From Alphaproteobacteria bacterium (GTDB lineage Bacteria > Pseudomonadota > Alphaproteobacteria > MPNO01 > UBA830), in assembly GCA_965243135.1 (NCBI GenBank), contig OZ251539.1:3488001-3552000 (forward strand): a DNA stretch of 64,000 nucleotides. Direction: 5' to 3'. The notes under the pieces were generated by a model. That model saw nothing but the letters and a program-made list of their open reading frames with translations. It made no database searches and was not told where the DNA came from. Positions 10,229 to 20,745 of the stretch are shown in pieces. A program made the translations under genes and the position numbers. The stretch's first letter is position 1. Each line of letters begins with the position of its first letter.

Positions 10229-11854
10229 ATGGACCCATACGAAATTCTCGGCGTCGAGCGAGGGGCCTCGGATGGAGAGATCGGCCGCGCGTACCGAAGA
10301 CTCTCGAAAAAATACCATCCCGACGCCCTCCCTCCCGGCGCCGCGCCCGGGGACAGGCTGGAGGCGGAAGAGCGCCTGAAGCGGATCAACGCCGCGCGCG
10401 ACGAACTTCTGGCCGACAAAGAACGACGGGCCGAACGCGAGCCCGACGATCCTCCGCCGTCGTCCGACATCGTTTCGCGTCCGGACGAGTCCGAGACATG
10501 GTCGATGGTGGAGCGGCTAATCGATCTGGCATGGGGCGAAACCGATACCGTTCGGGTAGTCCGTATGGCGCGCTCTATGCCCGTTACAAGCGAAGCGCTC
10601 GATAATGTGGTCGGAGACGCGGAACCGGTCGCGGCGGCGCTCCCGCCGGATCTGAACGAACGGCTGCATGCCGGACTCCGCCATGCATGCGACCGGGCGG
10701 GCCGCCGTTGCGCGGACCGCGCGTTGCTCCGCGGCGGAGTTGCCGCGGTCTTGCTGCTCGTCGCCATCCTGTGGGCCCCGACATGGACGGACTCGAGCCT
10801 GATTGACGGTCTGGCCGTCGGAAAGCCCGGCTCCGGGGCGGCGCAGTCGCTGCTGCGAGGCGCCTTGTTCGCGCTCTGCGCGACCGCGCTCGTCCTTTAC
10901 GTTCGCTGGTCCAGTCGACGCGCCATGCGCGAGCTTTTCGAAACCCGCGTCAAACGGCCCATTCGCCGCGGCGGCATGACCGCGAGCGCGGCGCTCGCGC
11001 TATTCGTATTCAGCATGGCCTTGCCCGGTCCGGCCGGATCGCCCCTCTCGGACTGGTGGTGCGCGACGACTCCCACGAGCGGAGCCTGCGAGACTTCGAG
11101 CCGGATCGCCGGGTCGTTCGCGGAAGCGCAGCGCGCGGCCGCCGCGTTCGTCGGGAAACTGTCCAGCCAAGATCCCGCAGCGCGAGCGCCCAAGCCGCCC
11201 GCCCCCGGAGGTTCCCACGCCCGGCGACAAGATGCGCCGCCAACGGGAGCGGCCGGCCGGAACGGCGCCGGAACTGCCCTGCATGACGCCGCTTCGTTCG
11301 GAATCGCCTCGGATGTCCTGGCGCTTGTGCAAGCCGGCGCAAACCCGCGGTCGCGGGACGAGTCCGGCAGAACGCCGCTGCACGATGCCGCGAGGAACAA
11401 CGAAGATCCGGCGATCGTCAGGATGCTTGTGGAGGCCGGCGCCGATCCCAACGCTCGGGACGCGGACGGAAGGATCCCTCTTCACGACTCCGGGTTGAAC
11501 GAAAATCCGTTGGTCGCTGCGCGGCTGGTGATGGCCGGAGCGGATCCGAACGCCAGGGACGAAAACGGAAGAACGCCGCTTCACGACGCGTGCTTCAACC
11601 GGAATCCGCTGATCGCGGCGGCGTTGATCGCCTCGGGCGCCGACCCGAACATCCGGGACAGGAACGGGCGAACCCCGCTCCACGAGGCGGCCCGGCGGAA
11701 TCCGAACGCATTCGTCGCCGAAACGCTGCTGGACGCCGGCGCCGACCCGCGCGCCATGGACATGCAGGGCAGAACGCCCGGAGATTACGCCCGCGACAAC
11801 CGCGCCTTCAGAAACACGAACGCCATGCGCCGATTGAACGGGATGCCTCGTTGA
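10229..11854 (+). CDS. DnaJ-domain, membrane-anchored ankyrin-repeat protein
   Basis: N-terminal DPYEILGV...KKYHPD J-domain, about 3 hydrophobic segments, and 5-6 ankyrin repeats (GRTPLHDAA...GADPN). Confidence 0.85.
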   Translation: MDPYEILGVERGASDGEIGRAYRRLSKKYHPDALPPGAAPGDRLEAEERLKRINAARDELLADKERRAEREPDDPPPSSDIVSRPDESETWSMVERLIDLAWGETDTVRVVRMARSMPVTSEALDNVVGDAEPVAAALPPDLNERLHAGLRHACDRAGRRCADRALLRGGVAAVLLLVAILWAPTWTDSSLIDGLAVGKPGSGAAQSLLRGALFALCATALVLYVRWSSRRAMRELFETRVKRPIRRGGMTASAALALFVFSMALPGPAGSPLSDWWCATTPTSGACETSSRIAGSFAEAQRAAAAFVGKLSSQDPAARAPKPPAPGGSHARRQDAPPTGAAGRNGAGTALHDAASFGIASDVLALVQAGANPRSRDESGRTPLHDAARNNEDPAIVRMLVEAGADPNARDADGRIPLHDSGLNENPLVAARLVMAGADPNARDENGRTPLHDACFNRNPLIAAALIASGADPNIRDRNGRTPLHEAARRNPNAFVAETLLDAGADPRAMDMQGRTPGDYARDNRAFRNTNAMRRLNGMPR

Positions 11855-11891
11855 TTTCGGCTCCCGGCCCGTCCCGCTGCCGGGGTCAGCC

Positions 11892-12215
11892 CTATTGGAC
11901 GGTGGATTTGGGAGTCGGCACGACGCGGGTGATCACCGAGGCGTCGCGGTCGAGCATGTCCGGAAGGCGCGGCGCGATCTCGTTCTTCCAATGGTCGCTC
12001 TCGTAGACCGCCTCGTAGAGGCGCTCGCGCTCGGCCTCGTCCTCGAATCGGCGCAGCCAGACATAGACGGAATCGTCCGTCTCGCCCCGAAAGCTTCCGC
12101 AGACGACGGCACCCTTCGAGACCTGGAACGGAATGATTTCGCCTTCCATGAACCGCACCCAGTCGTCCATCTTGCCCGCCAGCACCCTGTATTGCCGCAG
12201 TTCGTAGAACGCCAT
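11892..12215 (-). CDS. NIPSNAP family protein
   Basis: FYELRQY...YVWLRRFEDEAERERLYEAVYESDHW. Confidence 0.85.
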   Translation of the reverse strand: MAFYELRQYRVLAGKMDDWVRFMEGEIIPFQVSKGAVVCGSFRGETDDSVYVWLRRFEDEAERERLYEAVYESDHWKNEIAPRLPDMLDRDASVITRVVPTPKSTVQ

Positions 12216-12334
12216 CGACGTCTCTCCTTCTCGAATTCGCGGAGGCGATCATAAGGCATCCGGGACGGGCGCGCGACACCGTCGCGGCGAACCGCGGTAT
12301 GGCGAACGTCCGGCGGCTCGTCTATATTTCCCGC

Positions 12335-13753
12335 ATGAAACGCCGTGCGAAGATCGTCGCGACGCTCGGCCCCGCGACGGCGGGCGCGGACGGCATCGAA
12401 AACGTCTTTCGCGCCGGAGCCGACGTGTTCCGGCTCAATTTCAGCCACGGCGACCGGGCGGCGCACAAATCCAGCCTGGACGCCATTCGCGCCCTCGAAA
12501 CGAAGCGCGGCCGCCCGGTCGCGGCCATCGCGGATCTGCAGGGGCCCAAGATCCGCATCGGCGCGATGAAGGGCGGCGGCGCGACGCTGTCTCCCGGCCG
12601 GGCGTTCCGGCTGGAACTCGGCGAGCGGGAGGGCGACGCGGACGGGGCGTCGCTTCCGCATCCGGAGATTTTCCAGGCGTTGCGGCCCGAAACGGACGTA
12701 TTGCTGGACGACGGCCGGATCCGCCTTCGTGTGAACGAAGTCCGGGCGGATTGCGCCGAAGCGACGGTCGTGACGGGCGGCAGGCTGACGGACCGGAAGG
12801 GCGTGAACGTGCCCAACGCGGTGCTGCCGCTCGCGGCGATTACCGACAAGGACAGGACCGACCTCGAATTCGCGCTGTCGCAGCAGGTCGACTGGGTCGC
12901 GCTTTCGTTCGTCCAGCGGCCGGAAGACGTCGCCGAAGCGCGGAAATTGATTGGCGACCGGGCCGCCGTGATGACGAAGCTCGAGAAACCGGCCGCCGTG
13001 GAACGCCTCGACGAGATCGTCGCGCTGTCCGACGCGGTGATGGTGGCTCGCGGCGACCTCGGCGTCGAACTGCCTCCCGAGGACGTTCCCGGAATCCAGA
13101 AGCAGATCGTGCGCCGCTGCCGCGAGGCCGGCAAGCCGGTCGTCGTCGCGACGCAGATGCTCGACTCCATGGTCCACGCTCCGACCCCGACCCGAGCGGA
13201 GGCCTCCGACGTGGCGACGGCCGTTTACGACGGAGCCGACGCCGTGATGCTGTCGGCGGAAACCGCGACGGGCGCGTATCCCGTGGAGGCCGTCGCGATG
13301 ATGAACCGGATCATCGAGCGCACGGAGCGCGACGACGCCTATCGCGCCATCATCGACGCCGCGCGCTCGGACCCTGAGCGGACGGCGTCCGACGCGATCA
13401 CCGCGGCCGCCCGCCAAGTCGCCGACACCATCGCCGCCGCCGCCATCGCCACCTACACGACTTCGGGATCGACCACGTTGCGGGCGGCCCGCGAGCGGCC
13501 CGCCGTGCCGATCCTGTGCCTCACCACGAACCTTTCCGTCGCCCGGCGCCTCGCCGTCGCATGGGGCGTGCGCACGGTGGTGATCAGCGGCATCCGGGAT
13601 TTCTCGGACATGGTGGAAAAGGCCTGCCGCATCGCGTCGGACGAAGGCGTCGCGGCCCGGGGCGAGCGCCTCGTCATAACCGCCGGCGTCCCCTTCGGCA
13701 CTTCCGGGACGACGAACGTGCTCCGCATCGCCCGGCTGGGAGACGCCGCCTGA
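12335..13753 (+). CDS. pyk: Pyruvate kinase
   Basis: KIVATLGPA, RLNFSHG, DLQGPKIR, MVARGDLGVE and ATQMLDSM motifs. Confidence 0.97.
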   Translation: MKRRAKIVATLGPATAGADGIENVFRAGADVFRLNFSHGDRAAHKSSLDAIRALETKRGRPVAAIADLQGPKIRIGAMKGGGATLSPGRAFRLELGEREGDADGASLPHPEIFQALRPETDVLLDDGRIRLRVNEVRADCAEATVVTGGRLTDRKGVNVPNAVLPLAAITDKDRTDLEFALSQQVDWVALSFVQRPEDVAEARKLIGDRAAVMTKLEKPAAVERLDEIVALSDAVMVARGDLGVELPPEDVPGIQKQIVRRCREAGKPVVVATQMLDSMVHAPTPTRAEASDVATAVYDGADAVMLSAETATGAYPVEAVAMMNRIIERTERDDAYRAIIDAARSDPERTASDAITAAARQVADTIAAAAIATYTTSGSTTLRAARERPAVPILCLTTNLSVARRLAVAWGVRTVVISGIRDFSDMVEKACRIASDEGVAARGERLVITAGVPFGTSGTTNVLRIARLGDAA

Positions 13754-13792
13754 CCGCTCCCGACTCGCGGGTCGGCGACGCCGGTTCGTTCC

Positions 13793-14356
13793 TCAGCCGC
13801 CTCCGAGCCTTTCCCGCAACGAGCGGATCGTGGACTCCGCGCCCGGCAGCCAGGGATTGGCCGCGAGCGCCGAGTCGAAAGCCGCGAGCGCTTCGCGATA
13901 GTTGCCGCGCCCAAGGTGGATCAGCCCCAGACCGGACAGCGCGCCGAAATGCCGCGGTTCCATCTCGACGGTCTTGCGGATGTCCCGTACCGAGGCGTCG
14001 TAGCGTTCGAGAAGAAAGTTGACCGTCCCGCGCTTGTTCCACGCTTCGGCGAAGTCCGGCTGCGCCTCGATCGCCCGCGTGAACGCGGCGATCGCCTCCT
14101 CGCCGTCCTTGCGGCTCAGCGCCTGAAGGCCCTGCAGCATTTCCAGGTCCGCGGCGCCGTTCCCGGAAATCATCCAGACGTCCTGGATCGACTGTTCGAT
14201 CCGCTCCGCGGCTTCCCGGCTTTTCGCGTTCCTGAGCTGCGCGAAGAGCCCGTCCAGGCGAGGATCGTTCTGCCCGCCCTGAAGCGGCACCGCGAACATG
14301 AGCTCGGCTTCCGCGGCCAGCAACCGCTTGAACGTCTTCATGTCGAAAGTCTTCAT
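13793..14356 (-). CDS. Tetratricopeptide repeat protein
   Basis: PDFAEAWNKRG and EPRHFGALSGLGLI TPR motifs. Coupled to the glcF stop codon. Confidence 0.85.
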   Translation of the reverse strand: MKTFDMKTFKRLLAAEAELMFAVPLQGGQNDPRLDGLFAQLRNAKSREAAERIEQSIQDVWMISGNGAADLEMLQGLQALSRKDGEEAIAAFTRAIEAQPDFAEAWNKRGTVNFLLERYDASVRDIRKTVEMEPRHFGALSGLGLIHLGRGNYREALAAFDSALAANPWLPGAESTIRSLRERLGGG

Positions 14357-15636
14357 GCCCCGCGCTTCCGCCGCGTTTTCTCCATTCCCGCCGGCATCGG
14401 GCCGCCCGTCGCCCAGTCGAGAAGTTCGGCGGTATGCGCGACCGGCGTCGCCAGCGCGTTCCTGAGCTGCACCAGGCAGCCGATGTTGCCGGTCGCCACG
14501 ACGTCGGGCCGGACGGCTTCGAGGCTGGACGCCTTGCGGTCGCGAAGGCGGGCCGCGATCTCGGGCTGCAGCAGATTGTAGGCGCCCGCCGAACCGCAAC
14601 AGAGATGCGCCTCCGCGGGCTCCGCCACCGAGAATCCCGCCGAAGCGAGCAGTTCCCTGGGCTGTCGAACGACCTTCTGGCCATGCTGAAGCGAACAGGC
14701 GCCGTGATAGGCGACCCGCAACGCCTCGCGCCTTTCGACGGAGAGGCCGAGTTCATGGACGACTTCCGAAACGTCGCGGGCGATCGCGCCGATCCGGTCC
14801 GCCGCCGCGGCCAGATCCGGATCGGATCTCAGCAGATGCCCGTAGTCCTTGACCATCGTGCCGCAACCCGAAGCGTTGACGACGACGGCGTCGATGTCCT
14901 CCCGCGTCCACGCGCGAACGTTGCGTCGCGCCGCGGCGCGCGCGTCCTTTCCGAGGTGATGCGCGATCGCCCCGCAACAGCCGCCTGCGACGACCACTTC
15001 GCAACCGTGGCGGGTGAGCAGGCGGATCGTCGCCCGGTCGATCTCGGGCGCGAGCACTTGCTGAACGCAACCGGGAAGCAGCGCGACGCGCCGTCGTCGG
15101 GGTCCGAGAGCGGGATGGACGGCGCGGCCCCGGTGAAACGACGCCCGCACCGGGCCGGCGGGCGCAAGGGACAACATGGCGCGCAGGCGCTCGGGGAGGA
15201 GCGCAGCCGCGAGGCGGCCGGCGGGAACGAGCCCGAGCAGCACGCGGAACAAGCGAGGCTTCGGGAACGCCGCGGCCAGAACGTTCCGCACCGTCCGGTC
15301 GAGCCAGGGCCGCCTGTAGGTCCTTTCGATATACGCGCGCGCATGATCCACCAGGTGCATGTAATCGACGCCCGAGGGGCAGGTCGTCATGCAGGAGAGG
15401 CAGGACAGGCAGCGGTCCACGTGGCGCACGACCGGTTCGTCCGCGGGCCCGCCGGCCTCCAGCATGTTCTTGATCAGGTAGATGCGGCCTCTCGGGCTGT
15501 CGCGTTCGTCGCCCATCAACGCGTAGGTCGGACAGGTGGCGGTGCAGAAGCCGCAGTGAACGCAGCTGCGCAGGATCCGCTCCGCTTCCGCGGTGTCGGG
15601 ATCCGCGAGCTGAGCCAGGCTGAAGCGCGTCTCCAT
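14353..15636 (-). CDS. glcF: Glycolate oxidase iron-sulfur subunit
   Basis: CVHCGFCTATCP, CLSCLSCMTTCP and CCG domains. Confidence 0.95.
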   Translation of the reverse strand: METRFSLAQLADPDTAEAERILRSCVHCGFCTATCPTYALMGDERDSPRGRIYLIKNMLEAGGPADEPVVRHVDRCLSCLSCMTTCPSGVDYMHLVDHARAYIERTYRRPWLDRTVRNVLAAAFPKPRLFRVLLGLVPAGRLAAALLPERLRAMLSLAPAGPVRASFHRGRAVHPALGPRRRRVALLPGCVQQVLAPEIDRATIRLLTRHGCEVVVAGGCCGAIAHHLGKDARAAARRNVRAWTREDIDAVVVNASGCGTMVKDYGHLLRSDPDLAAAADRIGAIARDVSEVVHELGLSVERREALRVAYHGACSLQHGQKVVRQPRELLASAGFSVAEPAEAHLCCGSAGAYNLLQPEIAARLRDRKASSLEAVRPDVVATGNIGCLVQLRNALATPVAHTAELLDWATGGPMPAGMEKTRRKRGA

Positions 15637-15639
15637 CGC

Positions 15640-16878
15640 TCAAACGCCCTCGTACATCCGCCCCGGATTGAGAATTCGCTTCGGATCGAACGCGTCCTTG
15701 ACGCCGCGGGTCAAACGGGCGACCGGAGCGGGTTCCGGCTGAAACGCGCCCGCCGCGCGCCGCGTCGCCGCGTCGGCGCGCAACAGCGTGGCGTGGCCGC
15801 CGCGCCGGGCGGCCTCGTCGCGAACGATCGGCGCTCCACCGGCCCCCGAGACCGAGAGCCAGATCAGGCCGCCGCCCCAGTCCAGCCATCCTTCCGCCTG
15901 CAATTCGCCGCGCGCCCGTTCGTAGATCGCGGGCGCCGCGGAGGGCGGAACCGAAATGCGCCATATTTCCGTTGCCCGGCCCTCCGCGAAATACGCCGCT
16001 TCTCCCGTCTCGCGCCAGAAGACCTTCGAATCGGCGGTATGGAGCTCCTCCACGTCGCCGAAGCTTCCGAGCTCTTCGCGCAGAGACCGGCACCGCGCCT
16101 CGACCGATGCGCCGAAGCCTTCGAGGCGAAGCGCGGCAAGCGAAGCCCGGGCGCTCGCGACCATGGACGCGCCGGATCGCGCGGCGACGTCCGCGGGCAG
16201 CCAGGCCGCGGCGGAAACGTCGTGCGGGCTCGACAGCGCCGCGGTCATGGCCCGAACGGCGGAGGCCGGGTCGGAACAGGAAACCAGCACCGTGCGGGTC
16301 CGCTCGGGGGCCGGCAGAACCTTGACGGTCAGTTCGGTCATGACGCCGAGGGTCCCCCACGATCCGCACATCAGCTTGCACAGGTCGTAGCCCGTGACGT
16401 TCTTGACCACGCGGCCTCCCGATCTGAACGTCTCGGCGCGCCCCGATACCGCTTCGACGCCGAGGAAATGATCCCGCGCGGCGCCCGATCTGACGCGGCG
16501 GGGTCCCGAGAGATTGCCGGCGACGACGCCGCCGATGGTGGCGCGCTCCGGCGCGCCGCCCAGCAACGGCCCGAAATCCGGCGGCTCGAACGCCAGCATC
16601 TGGCCGTGCTGCTCCAGCTGCATCCGTATTCGCTCCATGGGAGTTCCGGGAGCGGCGCGCATCACGAGCTCCTCCGGCTCGTAAAGAGACACGCCGGACA
16701 ACCGCGAAGTGGACAACCTGGACCACTCCCCGGCGGGAAGGCCGATGCCGCGCTTCGAACCGTTGCCGCAAATCTCGAGGGGCGTCCCGGCGGCGAGCGC
16801 CTCGGCGACGGCCGAGCGAGTCTCCTCGACCGATTCCGGTTCGAGAAGGTCGTCCGCCGAAGCCGGAGCGCCGTTCAT
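15640..16878 (-). CDS. glcE: Glycolate oxidase FAD-binding subunit
   Basis: YEPEEL, LAFEPP, GGRVVKNVTGYDL and FDPKRILNPGRM. Confidence 0.93.
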   Translation of the reverse strand: MNGAPASADDLLEPESVEETRSAVAEALAAGTPLEICGNGSKRGIGLPAGEWSRLSTSRLSGVSLYEPEELVMRAAPGTPMERIRMQLEQHGQMLAFEPPDFGPLLGGAPERATIGGVVAGNLSGPRRVRSGAARDHFLGVEAVSGRAETFRSGGRVVKNVTGYDLCKLMCGSWGTLGVMTELTVKVLPAPERTRTVLVSCSDPASAVRAMTAALSSPHDVSAAAWLPADVAARSGASMVASARASLAALRLEGFGASVEARCRSLREELGSFGDVEELHTADSKVFWRETGEAAYFAEGRATEIWRISVPPSAAPAIYERARGELQAEGWLDWGGGLIWLSVSGAGGAPIVRDEAARRGGHATLLRADAATRRAAGAFQPEPAPVARLTRGVKDAFDPKRILNPGRMYEGV

Positions 16879-18365
16879 CAGAAGCGGGGGAGCTCGGGAA
16901 AGCGCGCGCGGCCGGCGTGGATGTGCACCCGTCCGAGCTCGGCGCAGCGCCGCAATTTCGGAAAGACCTTGCCCGGATTGAGTTGCTGGGTCGGATCGAA
17001 AGCGCACTTGACCCTTTGCTGCTGATCGAGGTCGGTCTCCGTGAAAACTTCGCCCATCAGGTCGCGCTTCTCGACGCCGACGCCGTGCTCGCCGGTCAGC
17101 ACGCCGTCGGCCTTGACGCAGAGCCTGAGAATGTCGGCGCCGAGGCGCTCGGCCTTGTCGAGTTCGCCCGGCACGTTGGCGTCGTAGAGGATAAGCGGAT
17201 GCAGGTTCCCGTCGCCGGCATGGAAGACGTTGGCGACCCGGAGCCCGTAGGCGGCGGACAACTCGCTCATCCCGGCCAGCACTTCCGACAGCCGGTGGCG
17301 CGGTATGGTCCCGTCCATGCAATAGTAATCCGGCGAGATGCGTCCGACCGCCGGGAACGCAGCCTTGCGGCCGGCCCAGAAAGAGAGCCGTTCCTCCTCG
17401 TTGCGGCTTACGCGGACGGACTGGGCCTCGTTCTCGCGGGCGATGGCCTCGACCCGGTCGACGAGTTCGTCGACCTCGACCTCCGGCCCGTCGAGTTCGA
17501 CGATCAGCAGCGCTTCGACATCCAGCGGATAGCCGGCCTGCACGAACGCTTCCGCGGCCTGGATCGCCGGACGGTCCATCATTTCCATTCCGCCGGGAAT
17601 GACGCCGGCGCCGATGATCGCGGCCACGCAGTCGCCCGCCGCGCGAACCGTCGGAAAGCCGATCAGCAGCGCGCGGGCGACCGGCGGACGCCGCAGGATG
17701 CGCACCGTGACCTCGGTGACGACGCCCAGCAGTCCCTCGGAACCGGTCATGATCCCGAGCAGGTCGTAACCTCCCGAATCGAGATGCTTTCCGCCCAGCC
17801 GCACGACCTCGCCGTCCATCAGGACGACTTCGAGTCCCATCAGATTGTTCGCGGTCAACCCGTATTTGAGGCAATGAACGCCCCCGGAGTTTTCCGCGAC
17901 GTTGCCGCCGATGGTGCAGGCGATCTGGCTCGACGGGTCGGGCGCGTAATAGAAGCCGTCCGCTTCGACCGCTTGCGTCAGGGCCAGGTTGGTGACGCCC
18001 GGTTGCGCGACGACGCAGCGGTTGTCGTAATCGACGTCGAGAATGCGATTGAACTTGCCGAGACCGAGGGTGATTCCATCGGCGAGCGGCAACGCGCCTC
18101 CCGAGAGCGACGTGCCGGCTCCCCTCGGAACGATCTTGATGCCGCTTCCGTGGCAATAGCGCAGGATCCGGGAGACCTGCAGAGTGGTTTCCGGAAGCAC
18201 GGCGATCAGCGGCAACTGCCGGTACGCCGTGAGACCGTCGCATTCGTAGGCGCGCAGCCCTTCCTCTTCCGCGATCACGCCCTCGCCGGGAACGATCTCC
18301 CTCAGCGCGGCGACAATTTCGTCTCGCCGCGAAAGAACGTCGCTGTCCGGATCGGGCATGCGCAT
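16878..18365 (-). CDS. glcD: Glycolate oxidase subunit GlcD
   Basis: YECDGLTAY, PDPSSQIACTIGGNVAENSGG, HAGDGNLHP and GEHGVG. Confidence 0.95.
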   Translation of the reverse strand: MRMPDPDSDVLSRRDEIVAALREIVPGEGVIAEEEGLRAYECDGLTAYRQLPLIAVLPETTLQVSRILRYCHGSGIKIVPRGAGTSLSGGALPLADGITLGLGKFNRILDVDYDNRCVVAQPGVTNLALTQAVEADGFYYAPDPSSQIACTIGGNVAENSGGVHCLKYGLTANNLMGLEVVLMDGEVVRLGGKHLDSGGYDLLGIMTGSEGLLGVVTEVTVRILRRPPVARALLIGFPTVRAAGDCVAAIIGAGVIPGGMEMMDRPAIQAAEAFVQAGYPLDVEALLIVELDGPEVEVDELVDRVEAIARENEAQSVRVSRNEEERLSFWAGRKAAFPAVGRISPDYYCMDGTIPRHRLSEVLAGMSELSAAYGLRVANVFHAGDGNLHPLILYDANVPGELDKAERLGADILRLCVKADGVLTGEHGVGVEKRDLMGEVFTETDLDQQQRVKCAFDPTQQLNPGKVFPKLRRCAELGRVHIHAGRARFPELPRF

Positions 18366-18525
18366 GCGACCCCCTTTCAGCCTCCGGCGCGCAGGGCGAC
18401 CGGTTCCGCGCCGGCCGCAAGCGGTTCGCCGGGCGGGCGGGGTTTCAAGGCGCCTGCACGGGAGGCGCCGCCAAGCCGACGCGTCCGGTTGCGGCAGGCC
18501 CTTCGGCAATATTCTCGGCGGCCGA

Positions 18526-18651
18526 TCAGCCCTGACGCGCCTTGAAGCGCCGGTTGCGCTTGTTGATAACGTAGGTGCGCCCGCGACGCCGGACGACGCG
18601 GCAGAACCGGTCCCGCTTCTTGGCGGATTTAAGGGAATTGATGACCTTCAT
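18526..18651 (-). CDS. rpmJ: 50S ribosomal protein L36, type B (zinc-free)
   Basis: Manual translation [41 protein letters not shown] (41 aa, below the ORF-track cutoff). Confidence 0.95.
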   Translation of the reverse strand: MKVINSLKSAKKRDRFCRVVRRRGRTYVINKRNRRFKARQG

Positions 18652-18728
18652 GACCTGCTTCCGACAGCGGTTTCATTCCAGAGGCGAAGCGTAGCTTACG
18701 GGAGCGGCCCACGTTCGTCAACCCATGG

Positions 18729-19038
18729 CGAGGCGTTTGCGCTACGCCATTTTTTGTGAGCTGACGTCCGCTCGGCGCCTCGCGAGCCGCTCCGGCCGCC
18801 CGTCTGCAGGCCCTCGAGGGTCGCTCAGGCGGGCGAATGGGCAACAAAACGGAATATCCGGTTGCCTTGGCACCGTGCGGCTAACTCGGAGCGATCGGGC
18901 CATAACTCGGGCGATGCGGTCGTGGAACGGCTTGGGGTGGAATCTGCGAAAATGGCGCTCTCGGCGTGGAAAATTCGCAGCTTTCCGTACCTGAATCGAG
19001 GTAAAGAAAATTCAGCGATCCCGCAATCTTCACGTATT
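18729..19038. repeat. ~310-bp non-coding direct repeat, copy 1
   Basis: Aligns end to end with 19715..20027. The 3' ~120 bp are almost identical. Confidence 0.9.
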
Positions 19039-19187
19039 TCAATATGATAGAGAAAACGCAAGAGAGTCTGGAATGGAAACCGCTACCGTCGCAGTCATTG
19101 CCAAACAAGCTGTCGATTCCTGTTGTCGACGTATCTCGTTGGCAGAAATCGCAGCAACGAAGGCCCGGTATATTTATAATCTCTCGC

Positions 19188-19619
19188 TCATGTGTAGTAG
19201 AGTTTCCAGATACCCCTGATCACCGATTTCTTATTCCACCCCACTTTTTTGTCGGCTGCCGCGGCAACAACGGACGACGCTCTTTCTTGACCCCAAGGGT
19301 CGACAGCGAGTATCGGTTTTGTGTAATTCCTAGCACCGTTGATTTCTCGCTGGATCCACTTACTGTAGTTTGCATACATCCCAGTGGGAATCACGATGAC
19401 ATGGCAACGTGCGATCTTGGCGCAGATCGCTTGGTTAAGTTTCTTTACCGTCCTTGCATTATGTATCGGATCATCCTTCGGCACAGAATAATCGTGCAGG
19501 GCTAATGAAGCCGACCCGAATCTCCATTTGCCGTCGAATATCCACGATGACAAGGTATTGTAGTGCTTTGAATATGTCCAAGAATGACTGATGAACACAT
19601 GGATACGGTGTGTACTCAT
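19188..19619 (-). CDS. TIR-like domain protein (ThsB/DUF1863-like)
   Basis: VFISHSW, DYSVPKDDPIH, SKWIQREI (catalytic-position Glu), KPILAV and VGWNKKSV. Lower GC than the flanks, with a GGAG RBS. Confidence 0.85.
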   Translation of the reverse strand: MSTHRIHVFISHSWTYSKHYNTLSSWIFDGKWRFGSASLALHDYSVPKDDPIHNARTVKKLNQAICAKIARCHVIVIPTGMYANYSKWIQREINGARNYTKPILAVDPWGQERASSVVAAAADKKVGWNKKSVIRGIWKLYYT

Positions 19620-19714
19620 CGCTCCTGCCTCCGGTACGTTCCATACTCACAATATAATGGCTGTTTGTTCACAGGTAGGACGATTGTATCGATTTTTCAC
19701 CCCCTGACCCGATT

Positions 19715-20027
19715 CGAGGCGTTTGCGCTGCGCCATTTTTGTCAGCTGATGTCCGCTCGGAGTCCCGCGAGTCGCTCCAGCCGCCCGTCTGCAGACCCGC
19801 AAGGGTCGCGCTGGCGGGCGGATGGGCGACAAAAACGGAATATCCGGTTACCCCCTGGCACCATGTGGCGCACTCGGGGTAAGTCGGGCTGTGACTCGGG
19901 CGACGCGGTTGTGGAACGGCTTGGGGTGGAATCCGCGAAAATGGCGCTCCCGGCGTGGAAAATTCGCAGCTTTCCGTACCTGAATCGAGGTAAAGAAAAT
20001 TCAGCGATCCCGCAATCTTCATGTATT
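19715..20027. repeat. ~310-bp non-coding direct repeat, copy 2
   Basis: Aligns with 18729..19038. Confidence 0.9.
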
Positions 20028-20139
20028 ATGCCAGAGAAAATTCAAAGATCTCCACGGCGCGACGCTGTCGATAACCGGCGATATGAACAGTGCCATGATC
20101 TGTCCGGTTCTAGACTCTTCTTTCGCTGGAGAAGCTTCC

Positions 20140-20480
20140 TTAGCGCTTACCACACCGTGTCGTGGCTTGACCTATAGTTCCACCACCTTCTGGGCCAGCA
20201 ACTGCAATGACCAATTGCCTTCGAGGCGGCCCCTGACGCAAGGCAATGACCCTGGCTTCCGCCTCGCTATCGAGAGACTGCGCAGCGCCTCGCGCCACTT
20301 CGTTCCAGAGTTCGCTCGAAACCTCTCTCGACAAAATTCTGTCCAACGTCCGTCTTGGTCCGGTACGAAACCGCATCCACGGATCGATCTATGCCGGGCC
20401 GTCGGCGTCCGTCTTCAACAGAATCTGGGCGCTGCGGACCCTCTCGCTGCTGCCTTTCAGCCAGTGGAGTCGATAGGGCC
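20140..20480 (-). pseudogene. IS630-family transposase N-terminal remnant
   Basis: Fragments LKGSSERVRSAQILLKTDADGP, FVERGFERTL and LDSEAEARVIALRQGPP lie across frames with stops. Confidence 0.6.
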
Positions 20481-20745
20481 GCGGGTGCGCGGTCCCGCAC
20501 CGTCGATCCTCAAGATATGCAAGCCTTACTTCTGGAAGTGTGTCGGTCTTCATCCGTTCTCGGCAATGTTGACTGAACCTCGGGCCCACGGCGCGGCGGG
20601 CGAGGCGAGAAAAGCATTGATCAAGCCCGCTCGTATGGTATCGATAGGCATGCTACCGGTGCGGGATCCGGTCGAAGGCTTCCTTGGGAACATCGGGAAC
20701 GCCCTCGAGACCCGGCGGCTGAATTGCGGATTTTGAGGGTTTCCG

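Noticed and set aside
18729-20027. Integron attC cassette array
   Set aside because: The repeats are too long, lack clear RYYYAAC/GTTRRRY ends, and no integron integrase is present.
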